A stretch of DNA of 64,000 nt from a virus (Duplodnaviria > Caudoviricetes), in IMG/VR virus record IMGVR_UViG_3300037851_000671, positions 128,001 to 192,000 of that record; one strand, given 5' to 3'. This document shows positions 1 through 8,925 of this stretch, piece by piece. Under the pieces are notes generated by a model that saw only the letters and a program-made list of their open reading frames with translations, was not told the DNA's origin and searched no databases. A program made the translations under genes and the position numbers. Each line of letters opens with the position of its first letter. Positions within the stretch are counted from its first letter, which is position 1.

Positions 1-133
1 AGCCAGACGCTTAGATGTTAGCAGGGCCAAGGAAGTTTTGGATTGGCAGGCTGAGATCGACCTGGATAATGGATTATACAAAACCATACATTGGTTTGAA
101 AAGAATTTGAAGGAACAACGTGTTCACACCTAA
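1..133 (+). CDS. C-terminal end of an NAD-dependent epimerase/GDP-fucose synthase-like gene (partial, runs off window)
   Basis: Frame 2 reads ARRLDVSRAKEVLDWQAEIDLDNGLYKTIHWF...*, the typical extended-SDR C-terminus; stop TAA 131-133. Confidence 0.75.
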   Translation, partial: ARRLDVSRAKEVLDWQAEIDLDNGLYKTIHWFEKNLKEQRVHT

Positions 134-1535
134 ATTGATCAATACATTAAGCAAGATACAAGAGAAGATTACCGATATCCCTCTTGATAAATTTGAAACC
201 ATATCCAAAGAGGTTATGGCTTTGGATGCTCTTTGCGATAAGCTTTCGGAAAAGAAAGAAGAGCAGAGTATTTTCACTGAGAAAGACCTTGAGTCAATAC
301 ACTTCCTTGAAAAATATGTCAGGGAATGTATTGCAAAGAAAGCGCAAAAGAAGGTTGATAAACCAACTGGTATCAGGGCTCGTTTCGATTTTTGGAAAGC
401 AGTAAAACCATACAATGTTACAGTTGAAGAGGTCAACGTCATCAAGGATAAGAAAGAGGTTATCAAGGGCAAAAGGGAAGAAGCTCAGACTTTTGATCTT
501 ACGACAGAAGATTTGCAGAAGTTTGTTGATGGCACTTTGACAATGGCTGATTTGGCTAAGATGATCAAACCCCTTAGCGAGGCTGATAAAGAGCTATTGA
601 AACCAATACCTCCGGTTTGGGAAAAGGAAACGTCAACAGATGAGGTAAAAGAAAACAAACCCGTAAAAACACTTGAGTATTTCCAGAAGAATAAGGGCAA
701 GTGGGTAAGGGCAGATTGGTTTACTAAGCACGAACAAGAGAAAGAGGAAAAGGCAAAGCAAGAGCAAGATGAAAAAGCCAGGGCAGACGAACTCAAAGTA
801 GAGATTGTTAAAAACACCACAAGGGTCAATGACATCAAACACAAACTTGAGGTTTTCTGTCGTAAACTGTTATCTATCACATTAAACAAACCAGTTGCCG
901 AAGAGACTTACAATCCAGATGACAAATATCCTTGGAATGTAAAATCACAAGCAAACTCTCTAATATCTCAATGCAACAAGATATTGGTTCTTATCAAGGG
1001 CATTGATAGAGCCTGTTTTCACAAGCATCATGGTGGTAAAGATGCCATTTCAAACGATGAGCTTTCCAAACAGTTGATGAAAGCTATCGTTGATTTTGGT
1101 GCCATAGATAGCGATGTCCAAACATTCCTTAACAAATACTACGATGAGTCTATTGATATCATCCATCCTGTTAGAAAACTAAGTGATGTAAAGCTTGATT
1201 ACATAGCGGAGCAGCAAAAGAACAAAGAAGAACTCATAAAAGCTGAGCGTGAGTTTGCTTCCACCATTGGGTTTGGACCACGCCAGAAAACAGTTGGTCG
1301 TGGGGCTGGTGGTTGGTTTGTCATGGCCGGTGATAAACTTGGTGATGTTGAAATACTGACAGCCAAGAAAGTTGGTATGACAAAGAAGAGAGACTATGTG
1401 AAAGAGCTTAAGTCTTTGAAGGTGTCTGACATTAAGAAATGGGTTGTCAGCATTTGGAACCACAAAATAATGAAGAAGCCAACAGAAGCTCAGAAAATCA
1501 AAGAGCGTTTTGAGAAGCTTGGTCTGGATGGTTAA
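120..1535 (+). CDS. Lys/Glu-rich hypothetical protein
   Basis: 471-aa ORF, GTG start overlapping upstream stop; no recognisable motif. Confidence 0.75.
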   Translation: MFTPKLINTLSKIQEKITDIPLDKFETISKEVMALDALCDKLSEKKEEQSIFTEKDLESIHFLEKYVRECIAKKAQKKVDKPTGIRARFDFWKAVKPYNVTVEEVNVIKDKKEVIKGKREEAQTFDLTTEDLQKFVDGTLTMADLAKMIKPLSEADKELLKPIPPVWEKETSTDEVKENKPVKTLEYFQKNKGKWVRADWFTKHEQEKEEKAKQEQDEKARADELKVEIVKNTTRVNDIKHKLEVFCRKLLSITLNKPVAEETYNPDDKYPWNVKSQANSLISQCNKILVLIKGIDRACFHKHHGGKDAISNDELSKQLMKAIVDFGAIDSDVQTFLNKYYDESIDIIHPVRKLSDVKLDYIAEQQKNKEELIKAEREFASTIGFGPRQKTVGRGAGGWFVMAGDKLGDVEILTAKKVGMTKKRDYVKELKSLKVSDIKKWVVSIWNHKIMKKPTEAQKIKERFEKLGLDG

Positions 1536-1546
1536 TTGGGTAGGCT

Positions 1547-1612
1547 ATGGGAAAGAAGCAGAAGATACTTGTGACAGGAAGTGGTGGTTTCTGTCAATAT
1601 TGTGATATTTAG
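1547..1612 (+). pseudogene. Orphan 5' stub of an NAD-dependent epimerase gene
   Basis: Translates MGKKQKILVTGSGGFCQYCDI*; first 15 aa mirror MDKKKKLLITGTGGF at 2503. Confidence 0.8.
1597..1602 (+). promoter_or_regulatory. ATATTG, one-mismatch copy of candidate late promoter ATATTC
   Basis: Exactly 12 nt before ATG 1615, same spacing as 30474, 44098, 50030, 58410. Confidence 0.45.
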
Positions 1613-1614
1613 AT

Positions 1615-2530
1615 ATGTTTACATCAAAACGTCACGTTAGAGATAAGAACGGAAAACTCAAATTTGAGTTTCTAATAAAGTGTCAGTGTTGCAATGTTGA
1701 AAAATGGGTCATGTGTTCAATAACACGGGCCAGAAATATGAAATATTGCTCTCGCAAGTGTATCAATATAGGAAAAAAACATACACAAGAGTGGAAAGAC
1801 TCTATTTCAGAACGCAATTTAGGATCTAATAACCATTTCTTTGGAAAAAAGCACACACAACAAACAAAACAAAAAATGTCAGATTCACATGAACACAAAA
1901 ATGTTTACTGGATCATGAAAGAAAAGCTTAAGCCAGATGAGTTTGTAATATATTGGGGAAAATTACTGCAACAAGTTCGTAGGAGATAAAAACCATTTCT
2001 TTGGAAAGCAACATACACAAGAGACGCGTCAACACCTGTCGGAAGTTAGGTCTATAGGTATAGCTAACGGAACAATAGACATTAAACCTAGTCATTATGG
2101 GTTGAAGGGTTATTACACATCAACAAAAACAAATACCAAATTTAGATTTGACTCTTTCGTTGAGCTAATAAGAATGAATTTGCTAGACAATGACGATGAA
2201 GTTGTTTCATGGACAAAAAGACACGGTATTAGAATAAAATACATATTAGACGGCGTAATGAAACGTTACATTCCAGATTTTATGATAGTGAAAAAGGACG
2301 GTAGTACGGTAATAGAAGAAGTTAAAGGATATGAAAATGCAAAAAAGAAAGAATGTAAATTTCAGGCTTTGTGTGAATTCTGTATAGAAAACGGATATAT
2401 TTCGAGCATTGTGACATATGAGCATATCCGGTCTATTTGTCCAAAAGAGTTTGGGAAAAGCTTATGCTCCCTTAGAGGGTATTACAAAAAGGGTGATTTG
2501 TCGTGGATAAAAAGAAAAAATTACTTATAA
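1615..2530 (+). mobile_element. Free-standing homing endonuclease gene (Zn finger, NUMOD3 repeats, TnsA-like PD-(D/E)XK nuclease) split by a frameshift near 1955
   Basis: ORF1 has CxxC motifs and NHFFGKKHT; frame of ORF 2102-2530 is open from 1949 and reads GDKNHFFGKQHTQETR...YIPDF...EEVKG. Confidence 0.75.
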
Positions 2531-3438
2531 CTGGAACAGGCGGCTTCATTTTTGGAAACTTCATCAGACAGGCATTGTTCAACAAGAAGCCATACGTTCT
2601 TTCCAGCATAGATAGGGTCAAGGAGACGCATGTCCTTTACAATATCTATGTGAACCAGGACCATGCTTTCTACATAGCTGATCTTAGAGATAATCACACG
2701 TTGAACATCATAGTGAAAAAGGAGGAGCCGGATATCATAATCCATGGTGCGTCTGAGAACGCACCGTCCTCCTTTGTCAGCTGTAATGTTGTAGGAACGC
2801 AAAACGTAATCGATGTCTGTGCTGATAATGGGTGTAAGTTGATCTACGTTAGCACAGATGAGGTTTTTGGGCCTCAATCATCTGAGAAAGATCCTCGTTG
2901 GACTGAGAATAGCCCACTCAAACCGGTTACTCCTTTTGCCGCATCAAAAGCCGCAGGGGAGTTGTTGGTCAAGGCTGCGAGAGGGTTGAACTACAACATT
3001 GTCAGGCTATCGAACGTATATGGTATGTGGCAGCCACAGAACAAACTCATTCCCAAAATAGTAAAGAGTGTTCTGTCTGAAACTCCGTTTACCATGTACG
3101 GTAAGGGAGATGAGCTAAGGGAGTGGACACATGTCTATGACGTGTGTTCTGCCATTTTCCAACTCGTGGATAACTGGACCGCTAACGAGGTTTACAATGT
3201 TAGCTCAAACCAAGAGTTCATGAATGTTGAAGTATTTCAGATGGTTTGCAATGTTTTGGGCAAAGGGCATAATCTGTTAAAGTTCTCGGAAGCCAAAGAG
3301 AAAATTGCTTCACGATATGCGATGAACGCTGATAAGATCAAATCTCTTGGCTGGAAACCAAACTATGCTAAATTGAAAGAAGGTTTAACTGACACTTGCC
3401 AATGGTATGTAAGTAATCAATTTGTTCTAAGGATGTAA
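2503..3438 (+). CDS. dTDP-glucose 4,6-dehydratase-like extended SDR
   Basis: TGTGGFIF Rossmann motif, YVSTDEVFG, PFAASKAAGE (YxxxK Tyr replaced by Phe). Confidence 0.85.
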   Translation: MDKKKKLLITGTGGFIFGNFIRQALFNKKPYVLSSIDRVKETHVLYNIYVNQDHAFYIADLRDNHTLNIIVKKEEPDIIIHGASENAPSSFVSCNVVGTQNVIDVCADNGCKLIYVSTDEVFGPQSSEKDPRWTENSPLKPVTPFAASKAAGELLVKAARGLNYNIVRLSNVYGMWQPQNKLIPKIVKSVLSETPFTMYGKGDELREWTHVYDVCSAIFQLVDNWTANEVYNVSSNQEFMNVEVFQMVCNVLGKGHNLLKFSEAKEKIASRYAMNADKIKSLGWKPNYAKLKEGLTDTCQWYVSNQFVLRM

Positions 3439-3487
3439 AATAGTCGAGTTTGGCAAACGATCAGAAAAATCAAAAAGAGGTATTGTC

Positions 3488-4873
3488 ATGACAGCTAGAA
3501 CATCTAAGGAAACAATACAGAGACAGGAGATAGAGGATAACATGACTAACGAAGAAAACACAGAGGCAAAGCCGCAAGAAAATGAGAAGAAGGTTTCGGA
3601 TGAGACCGAAGCAAAACTAGCAGCTCTCAAAGCAAAGTTCGCGGCAAAGGAGGAGAAAGTGCCACCACGTATAGTAGCTCAAAAAGAGGTTAGTATCAGG
3701 TTCGGTGTAGTAGGCTCTGGACAGGCTGGCTCACGTTTGGCCGAGGCCCTGTACAAGCTAAGCTATCCCGCTGTTGTTATCAATACCGCTAGACAAGATC
3801 TGGCTGACATTGATGTTCCAGAAACCAACAAACTGCTACTTGAGTACGGTCTTGGTGGTGCTGCAAAAGATCTCAGCATTGGACACGCGGCTGCTGAGGC
3901 TTTCTCTGATGACATCAAGGACACACTCAGGAAGCACTTGAGAGATCAGGAAATCATCCTGTTCTGCACATCGCTTGGTGGTGGTTCTGGTGCCGGTTCT
4001 TCAGAGGTTATAGTAGACATCCTTGTTCAGACACTGGAAGTTCCGGTGGTTGTTCTTACTGTACTTCCACAGGCCAGTGATGACACTCAGGTCAAACACA
4101 ACGCTCTACAGACATTGAGCAAGTTCGCCAAGATGGTTCAGGGCAAGAAAATTGCTAACCTGATTGTTGCTGACAACGCCAAGATTGAGAGCGTGTTCAG
4201 TGACGTTAGCCCGTTCAATTTTTTCAAGGTATCTAACCAGGCTATTGTAAACCCGATAGATGTCTTCAATACTTTGAGCACATACACATCAGCAGTAAAA
4301 CCGCTTGACTCCAATGAGTTTGCCAAGCTGTTCTTGGATGGTCAGGGTCTCACGGTGTACGGAACCATGAAGGTTTCTAACTATGAGGATGAGATGGCTA
4401 TTGCTCAGAGTTTGATTGAGAACCTGGGCGGTAACCTTCTGGCTTCTGGGTTTGATACCAAGCAGGCCAGATATGCTGGATTCATGCTCGTAGCTCCATC
4501 TGCGGTTTGGGAAAAGATCCCATCCTCAAGTTTGCATTATGCCAACAGTTTGATTGATGAGGCTTGTGCCAATCCGCGTGGTATTTTCCGTGGTATCTAT
4601 GCGGTTGAGAATGGTGAGGATTGCATCACTGTGTATAGCATGTTCTCTGGACTTGGTTTGCCAACTGATCGTGTTGAGCAGTTGAAGAATGAAACCAAGG
4701 AGAGAATGGCTGCCGCTGATAAGAAAGACAATGACAGGAACCTTACCCTGAAGCTTGATGTTGGAGAGTCCAGCGTTTCTGCTGCTGAAGACATCAAGAA
4801 AAAGATTGCGGCCAAGAAATCCGCTTTCGGTATGCTTCATGGTAAGGCGATTGATGACAGGAGAAAGAGATGA
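3488..4873 (+). CDS. Tubulin/FtsZ-family GTPase (PhuZ/TubZ-like); start may be ATG 3542
   Basis: GVVGSGQAGSRL, INTARQDL and signature SLGGGSGAG loop. Confidence 0.9.
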   Translation: MTARTSKETIQRQEIEDNMTNEENTEAKPQENEKKVSDETEAKLAALKAKFAAKEEKVPPRIVAQKEVSIRFGVVGSGQAGSRLAEALYKLSYPAVVINTARQDLADIDVPETNKLLLEYGLGGAAKDLSIGHAAAEAFSDDIKDTLRKHLRDQEIILFCTSLGGGSGAGSSEVIVDILVQTLEVPVVVLTVLPQASDDTQVKHNALQTLSKFAKMVQGKKIANLIVADNAKIESVFSDVSPFNFFKVSNQAIVNPIDVFNTLSTYTSAVKPLDSNEFAKLFLDGQGLTVYGTMKVSNYEDEMAIAQSLIENLGGNLLASGFDTKQARYAGFMLVAPSAVWEKIPSSSLHYANSLIDEACANPRGIFRGIYAVENGEDCITVYSMFSGLGLPTDRVEQLKNETKERMAAADKKDNDRNLTLKLDVGESSVSAAEDIKKKIAAKKSAFGMLHGKAIDDRRKR

Positions 4874-5298
4874 AATCGTATTCGTGTATCCTTGGGTGGA
4901 TAGGAGACAAGTAACCAAGACCAGTCAGCAGTGGTTGGCTTCTGGTTCCTTGGATTGATGACAAGGCTCCAGAGCCAGGAACTCCGGTACAACTTACGGT
5001 TGCCAATAACAAAGTTGTACTAAAACCCTGCAATTCAACCGAGGATTGTTGTGGGATTGTAAATCATGTCGTAGAAGATCCTGCACAAGCTGGTATTCAA
5101 ACGATACTTGTCCGTTTCGATAGGTCAATATACACAACAACCATATACGATGTTGAGAAAAGGTATCCGGTAAACGCCAGGATATTTGTCAGGGATGGCA
5201 AGTTTACAACAGAGTCTAATGGAGATGAGTATTCAATTGGGTTTGTGACAATACCACCAACATCCACAGACTCTGTCTTGAAGTTCTTTTGGTTCTAA
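4870..5298 (+). pseudogene. Hypothetical gene interrupted by a single in-frame TAA (4912-4914)
   Basis: ATG overlaps the tubulin stop (ATGA); after the TAA the same frame stays open 128 codons with no early start codon. Confidence 0.55.
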
Positions 5299-5308
5299 CA
5301 GGAGAAAG

Positions 5309-5848
5309 ATGACGATACCAAGTAACGTTGTTCATAAGTACAGCAAATTTGCAAGTGTGTTCGTTGAGACAGGAACTCATATTGGTAAGACGGTGCTTGC
5401 CGCTCACAACGCTGGTTTCAAGCGCATCTATACCATTGAGCTTGCCGATCACTTCTACGCAGATGCTGTCAAGAAATTTGCAGGTTATCCTGGTATCAAG
5501 TGCATCCATGGTGATTCTTCTAAGAAACTGAAAGAGGTGTTGGCTGAGTTAGATGAACGCGCTGTGTTTTGGCTGGATGGTCATTGGAGCATGGGGGACA
5601 CGGCGCGTGGGGATAAGGACGTTCCACTTTGTGAAGAGCTGGAATCAATTGCCAATCATCACATCAAAAATCATATCTTGTTGATTGATGATATACGATT
5701 GTTTGGAGACAAATCAGAAGCAGTTACAGGTTGGCACACCTTATCTGTTGATAAGATAAAAGCCTTGTGTTTGAAGATTAATCCAGAATACAAATTCAGT
5801 TATGAGAATGGACACGTGCCAAATGATATCCTAGTAGCAATGGCATAA
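5309..5848 (+). CDS. Class I SAM-dependent methyltransferase-like protein
   Basis: FVETGT, IYTIEL, HGDS, FWLDGH, LIDD motifs; RBS AGGAG. Confidence 0.7.
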   Translation: MTIPSNVVHKYSKFASVFVETGTHIGKTVLAAHNAGFKRIYTIELADHFYADAVKKFAGYPGIKCIHGDSSKKLKEVLAELDERAVFWLDGHWSMGDTARGDKDVPLCEELESIANHHIKNHILLIDDIRLFGDKSEAVTGWHTLSVDKIKALCLKINPEYKFSYENGHVPNDILVAMA

Positions 5849-5857
5849 GAGGTTTAC

Positions 5858-6382
5858 ATGGGACATATATTTGCTAAAAATCTAGTGATTCATTCTAAAG
5901 GTGACAAATCATCTGACACAATGGTGTACTTGACATCTTGTCAGTCACTAAGAGACATGTCAAGCACAAGAGATGAAAAACGAGAAGATCGTTGGGTTAC
6001 TTTTGGGTTACTTCAGCAGGTGTCATTCTCGGCAAACGCTGACCGTCCTTGTACTCAGGTGAATTTCGGATGTTTGGCTTTCAGTGCTGGTGAACTTCTA
6101 GACCTTCCAGTCAGGGAAGATTTTGAGGGAGGGATTACATTTTTCTTTGAGGACTTCGGCCAGTTCCCGCCAATACCACACAAGATTATCATTCTCGATC
6201 ATACCGTAAACCCGATTGGATTCATAAACAGGGCCGATTTCAGTTGTGATGTAACTACCAACAAGACCAATGTTGAGTTGTTTTACATGATTGAATCGCC
6301 TAGCGTGGACAGGTTCAATCAGCTTCCTTCGTGGATCAAAAGGAACCCGTTGAATTTCCGAGAAACTTTGCACGAGAGATGA
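5858..6382 (+). CDS. Hypothetical protein
   Basis: 174-aa ORF in operon, RBS GAGG. Confidence 0.75.
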   Translation: MGHIFAKNLVIHSKGDKSSDTMVYLTSCQSLRDMSSTRDEKREDRWVTFGLLQQVSFSANADRPCTQVNFGCLAFSAGELLDLPVREDFEGGITFFFEDFGQFPPIPHKIIILDHTVNPIGFINRADFSCDVTTNKTNVELFYMIESPSVDRFNQLPSWIKRNPLNFRETLHER

Positions 6383-6404
6383 AAGCCGTTTACGATACAT
6401 AAAC

Positions 6405-7895
6405 ATGGTTTCGATTATCAGGTTTGAAAATTCATGTCAGATTATTGAAGAAGACGATGTAGACCTATACAAACAGGTTGACCGTTTATTGTCGTACAAG
6501 ATACAGGGCGCAGAGTATTCCAAGGCATACAAGGGGTACACGAACGCACAAGGCGAGGAGGTATCTTGGGACGGGCATCGTCACATCATGTCTTCTACTG
6601 GGCGCTTCCCTCCTGGGTTATTTGAGCGTGTCAAAGAGTTCTATAACCAACACGGCATATTCCCTGAGGTTATAGACAAGCGCCATGTAAGGGAGCTGGC
6701 TCAGGAAATCAGCATCATCTCAAAACTGAGGGAGCTTGATAAAGAGCCAAGACCTTACCAGATTGATGCTGTTGAAAAAGCTGTCCAAACGGATCGTGGC
6801 ATCATTCGTATAGCCACAGGCGGAGGGAAAACACTGGTAGCCGGGCTCATCACAGCCAAACTAGGCAAGCGCACCATTATCTATGTTATTGGTAAGGACT
6901 TGCTTTACCAGCTTCAGAGTTTCTTCTCTGATATCTTCGGTACGGAGATAGGGATCATTGGGGATGGTAAATGTGAGATACGTGACATCAACATCGCTAC
7001 TGTGTGGAGCGTTGGAAAGGTTCTTGGAATAAAGAAAACCAAATTACTTGATGATGAGGGTAATACCAAAGAGAAGGATATTGATCCATCTAAGTTCAAG
7101 TACATCAAGCAAATGCTTCTTGATGCAAAGGTTCATATATTGGATGAGTGTCACCTTGCGGCTTGTGACACTGTTCAGACAATAGCAAAGAACATCAAAG
7201 CCGAGTACGTGTATGGCATGAGCGCATCTCCATGGAGAGATGATGGCGCTGATTTACTTATTGAGGCTTTTCTTGGCAGGAAGATAGTTGATCTGTCTGC
7301 AAAGAAGCTGATCGAGCAAGGCTGGTTGGTTCCGCCTGACATCAGGTTCCTTGCGCCTGCTCCGTACCCTTACAAGAGCGGCGCATACCCAAAGATCTAC
7401 TCCAAATACATTGTGGAGAATGCTCAAAGGAACCAAATGATTCTCAAAGGGGCCACGAAACTGGTCGAGCAGGGCTTCCCGACTTTGGTTCTCTTCCACA
7501 GCATCAAGCATGGCGAGAGCCTTAAACAGCTATTGTCACAGAACCTTTCTGTTGGATTGCTTAGTGGAGAAGATAACCAGAAGCAACGAGACAAGATAAA
7601 GGATCAGCTTGAGGAAGGAAAGATACAGTGCATTATTGCCAGCAAGATATTCGACATCGGAATAGACCTTCCAACTCTATCTGGTCTCATTGTATCTGGT
7701 GGCGGTAAATCATCTGTAAGAGCTTTGCAGCGAATAGGTAGAGTCATCCGAAAGAATCCAGGCAAAAAGAAAGCTGCCGTATTAGACTTTGCCGATCAGG
7801 CGCCACACCTTAATGATCACGCCCATACACGCAAAGAGATATATTCTCAGGAGTTCGATGTAAAATGGCCGGAAGAACAAAAACAACCAAAGTAA
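6405..7895 (+). CDS. Superfamily 2 (UvsW/XPB-like) DNA helicase
   Basis: PRPYQ, ATGGGKT, DECH, SASP, IFDIGIDLP, QRIGRVIR motifs. Confidence 0.9.
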   Translation: MVSIIRFENSCQIIEEDDVDLYKQVDRLLSYKIQGAEYSKAYKGYTNAQGEEVSWDGHRHIMSSTGRFPPGLFERVKEFYNQHGIFPEVIDKRHVRELAQEISIISKLRELDKEPRPYQIDAVEKAVQTDRGIIRIATGGGKTLVAGLITAKLGKRTIIYVIGKDLLYQLQSFFSDIFGTEIGIIGDGKCEIRDINIATVWSVGKVLGIKKTKLLDDEGNTKEKDIDPSKFKYIKQMLLDAKVHILDECHLAACDTVQTIAKNIKAEYVYGMSASPWRDDGADLLIEAFLGRKIVDLSAKKLIEQGWLVPPDIRFLAPAPYPYKSGAYPKIYSKYIVENAQRNQMILKGATKLVEQGFPTLVLFHSIKHGESLKQLLSQNLSVGLLSGEDNQKQRDKIKDQLEEGKIQCIIASKIFDIGIDLPTLSGLIVSGGGKSSVRALQRIGRVIRKNPGKKKAAVLDFADQAPHLNDHAHTRKEIYSQEFDVKWPEEQKQPK

Positions 7896-8488
7896 GTGGT
7901 CTAAAACTTGACGGTGAGCCAAACGCGGCTTGGCGCAAGTTTAAAGAGCGGTTGGAAAAGTATGACTCAAAACCGGTGACAGAATGGAAAGCAGAAGAAC
8001 TGCTCGGACATATATGCAAGCGCTATCGTGAGCTTGGTAGTGAGTTCGAGTATGCCCTTTCCTACAGTGGGCCTCCTTCCAAGTGTAAGGAGATCTACTG
8101 CGTTAGGAGAATGGTTCTGGCTCTTGGAAATGAAGATCCTGTCATTTCCAAGAACTATATCGACTGGTTGTTCGACACCATCATCATCCCTAAGAAGGTT
8201 ACTCTAACGAGCGTTGCCTACTTTTTCACCGATGCTTTCATACGTGATTTCAAGATAGATCGCAAGAAGAGCAAAAAGGTCACGAGGAATACTCAGATAC
8301 CTCATGAGTTTGAGATAGCTGCCGAAGAGTTGCAGCTTTCAATTATGACGTATGGAGACCTGGCTTTTGCCAAGGCTGCCATAGATCAGGATCCTACCAA
8401 TGAGGACTATGCCCCTTACCACACACTGTTTCAGAAGCTTTCTTCCATGGGTTTTGATCCAAATACACTTGGGACAATGGATGTATGA
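7865..8488 (+). CDS. Hypothetical protein (replication module)
   Basis: 207-aa ORF between helicase and loader. Confidence 0.75.
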   Translation: MAGRTKTTKVSGLKLDGEPNAAWRKFKERLEKYDSKPVTEWKAEELLGHICKRYRELGSEFEYALSYSGPPSKCKEIYCVRRMVLALGNEDPVISKNYIDWLFDTIIIPKKVTLTSVAYFFTDAFIRDFKIDRKKSKKVTRNTQIPHEFEIAAEELQLSIMTYGDLAFAKAAIDQDPTNEDYAPYHTLFQKLSSMGFDPNTLGTMDV

Positions 8489-8925
8489 TTGGTAAATGTA
8501 TAAAGGTCACCTGTCATAATGGATTTATTCAAGAGGGAATAGTTGAGCAATTTTCAGATGATAGAATGGATCTGAAATTAATTGACGGCTCTACACTAAT
8601 ACTCTTGAATCCCAAGACGCACATTTTCACGATACACGTATTTGGGGAGGTGCAAGACAAACCCAAGGCTGTTGCAAAAGATACAACAGAGCTGGAAGCA
8701 AAAGAAAAATTTAGCCATGAGTTGAGGTTCAAGAGTTTGGCGGAGCTACATAAGCTCAAGGCACACGAAGAGCAAAGAACAGCAAAAGAGCTTTTAACAT
8801 CTAAATCGATTTCTACAATTGCACCAGAGGTGAAATTTGAATACCCAAACTTCGGAAGTTTACGACAGCCCGGTCAACCCCTTCCAAAACGTCCCAAGAA
8901 AAAAGCTAGATCAGGCGCTAAATGA
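8485..8925 (+). CDS. Hypothetical protein
   Basis: 146-aa ORF, ATGA overlap with upstream stop. Confidence 0.7.
   Translation: MIGKCIKVTCHNGFIQEGIVEQFSDDRMDLKLIDGSTLILLNPKTHIFTIHVFGEVQDKPKAVAKDTTELEAKEKFSHELRFKSLAELHKLKAHEEQRTAKELLTSKSISTIAPEVKFEYPNFGSLRQPGQPLPKRPKKKARSGAK

Noticed and set aside
1956-1962. G GGA AAA as a programmed -1 frameshift
   Set aside because: The -1 frame stops at TAG 1980; the nuclease domain is in the +1 frame.
1613-2547. Group I intron interrupting the epimerase (and likewise thyX)
   Set aside because: The inserts are almost entirely ORF with no room for P3-P9 core helices, and each downstream gene has its own complete start.
4912-4914. Genome-wide stop-codon reassignment
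   Set aside because: TAA, TAG and TGA all end well-recognised genes at expected lengths and coding density is high under code 11.
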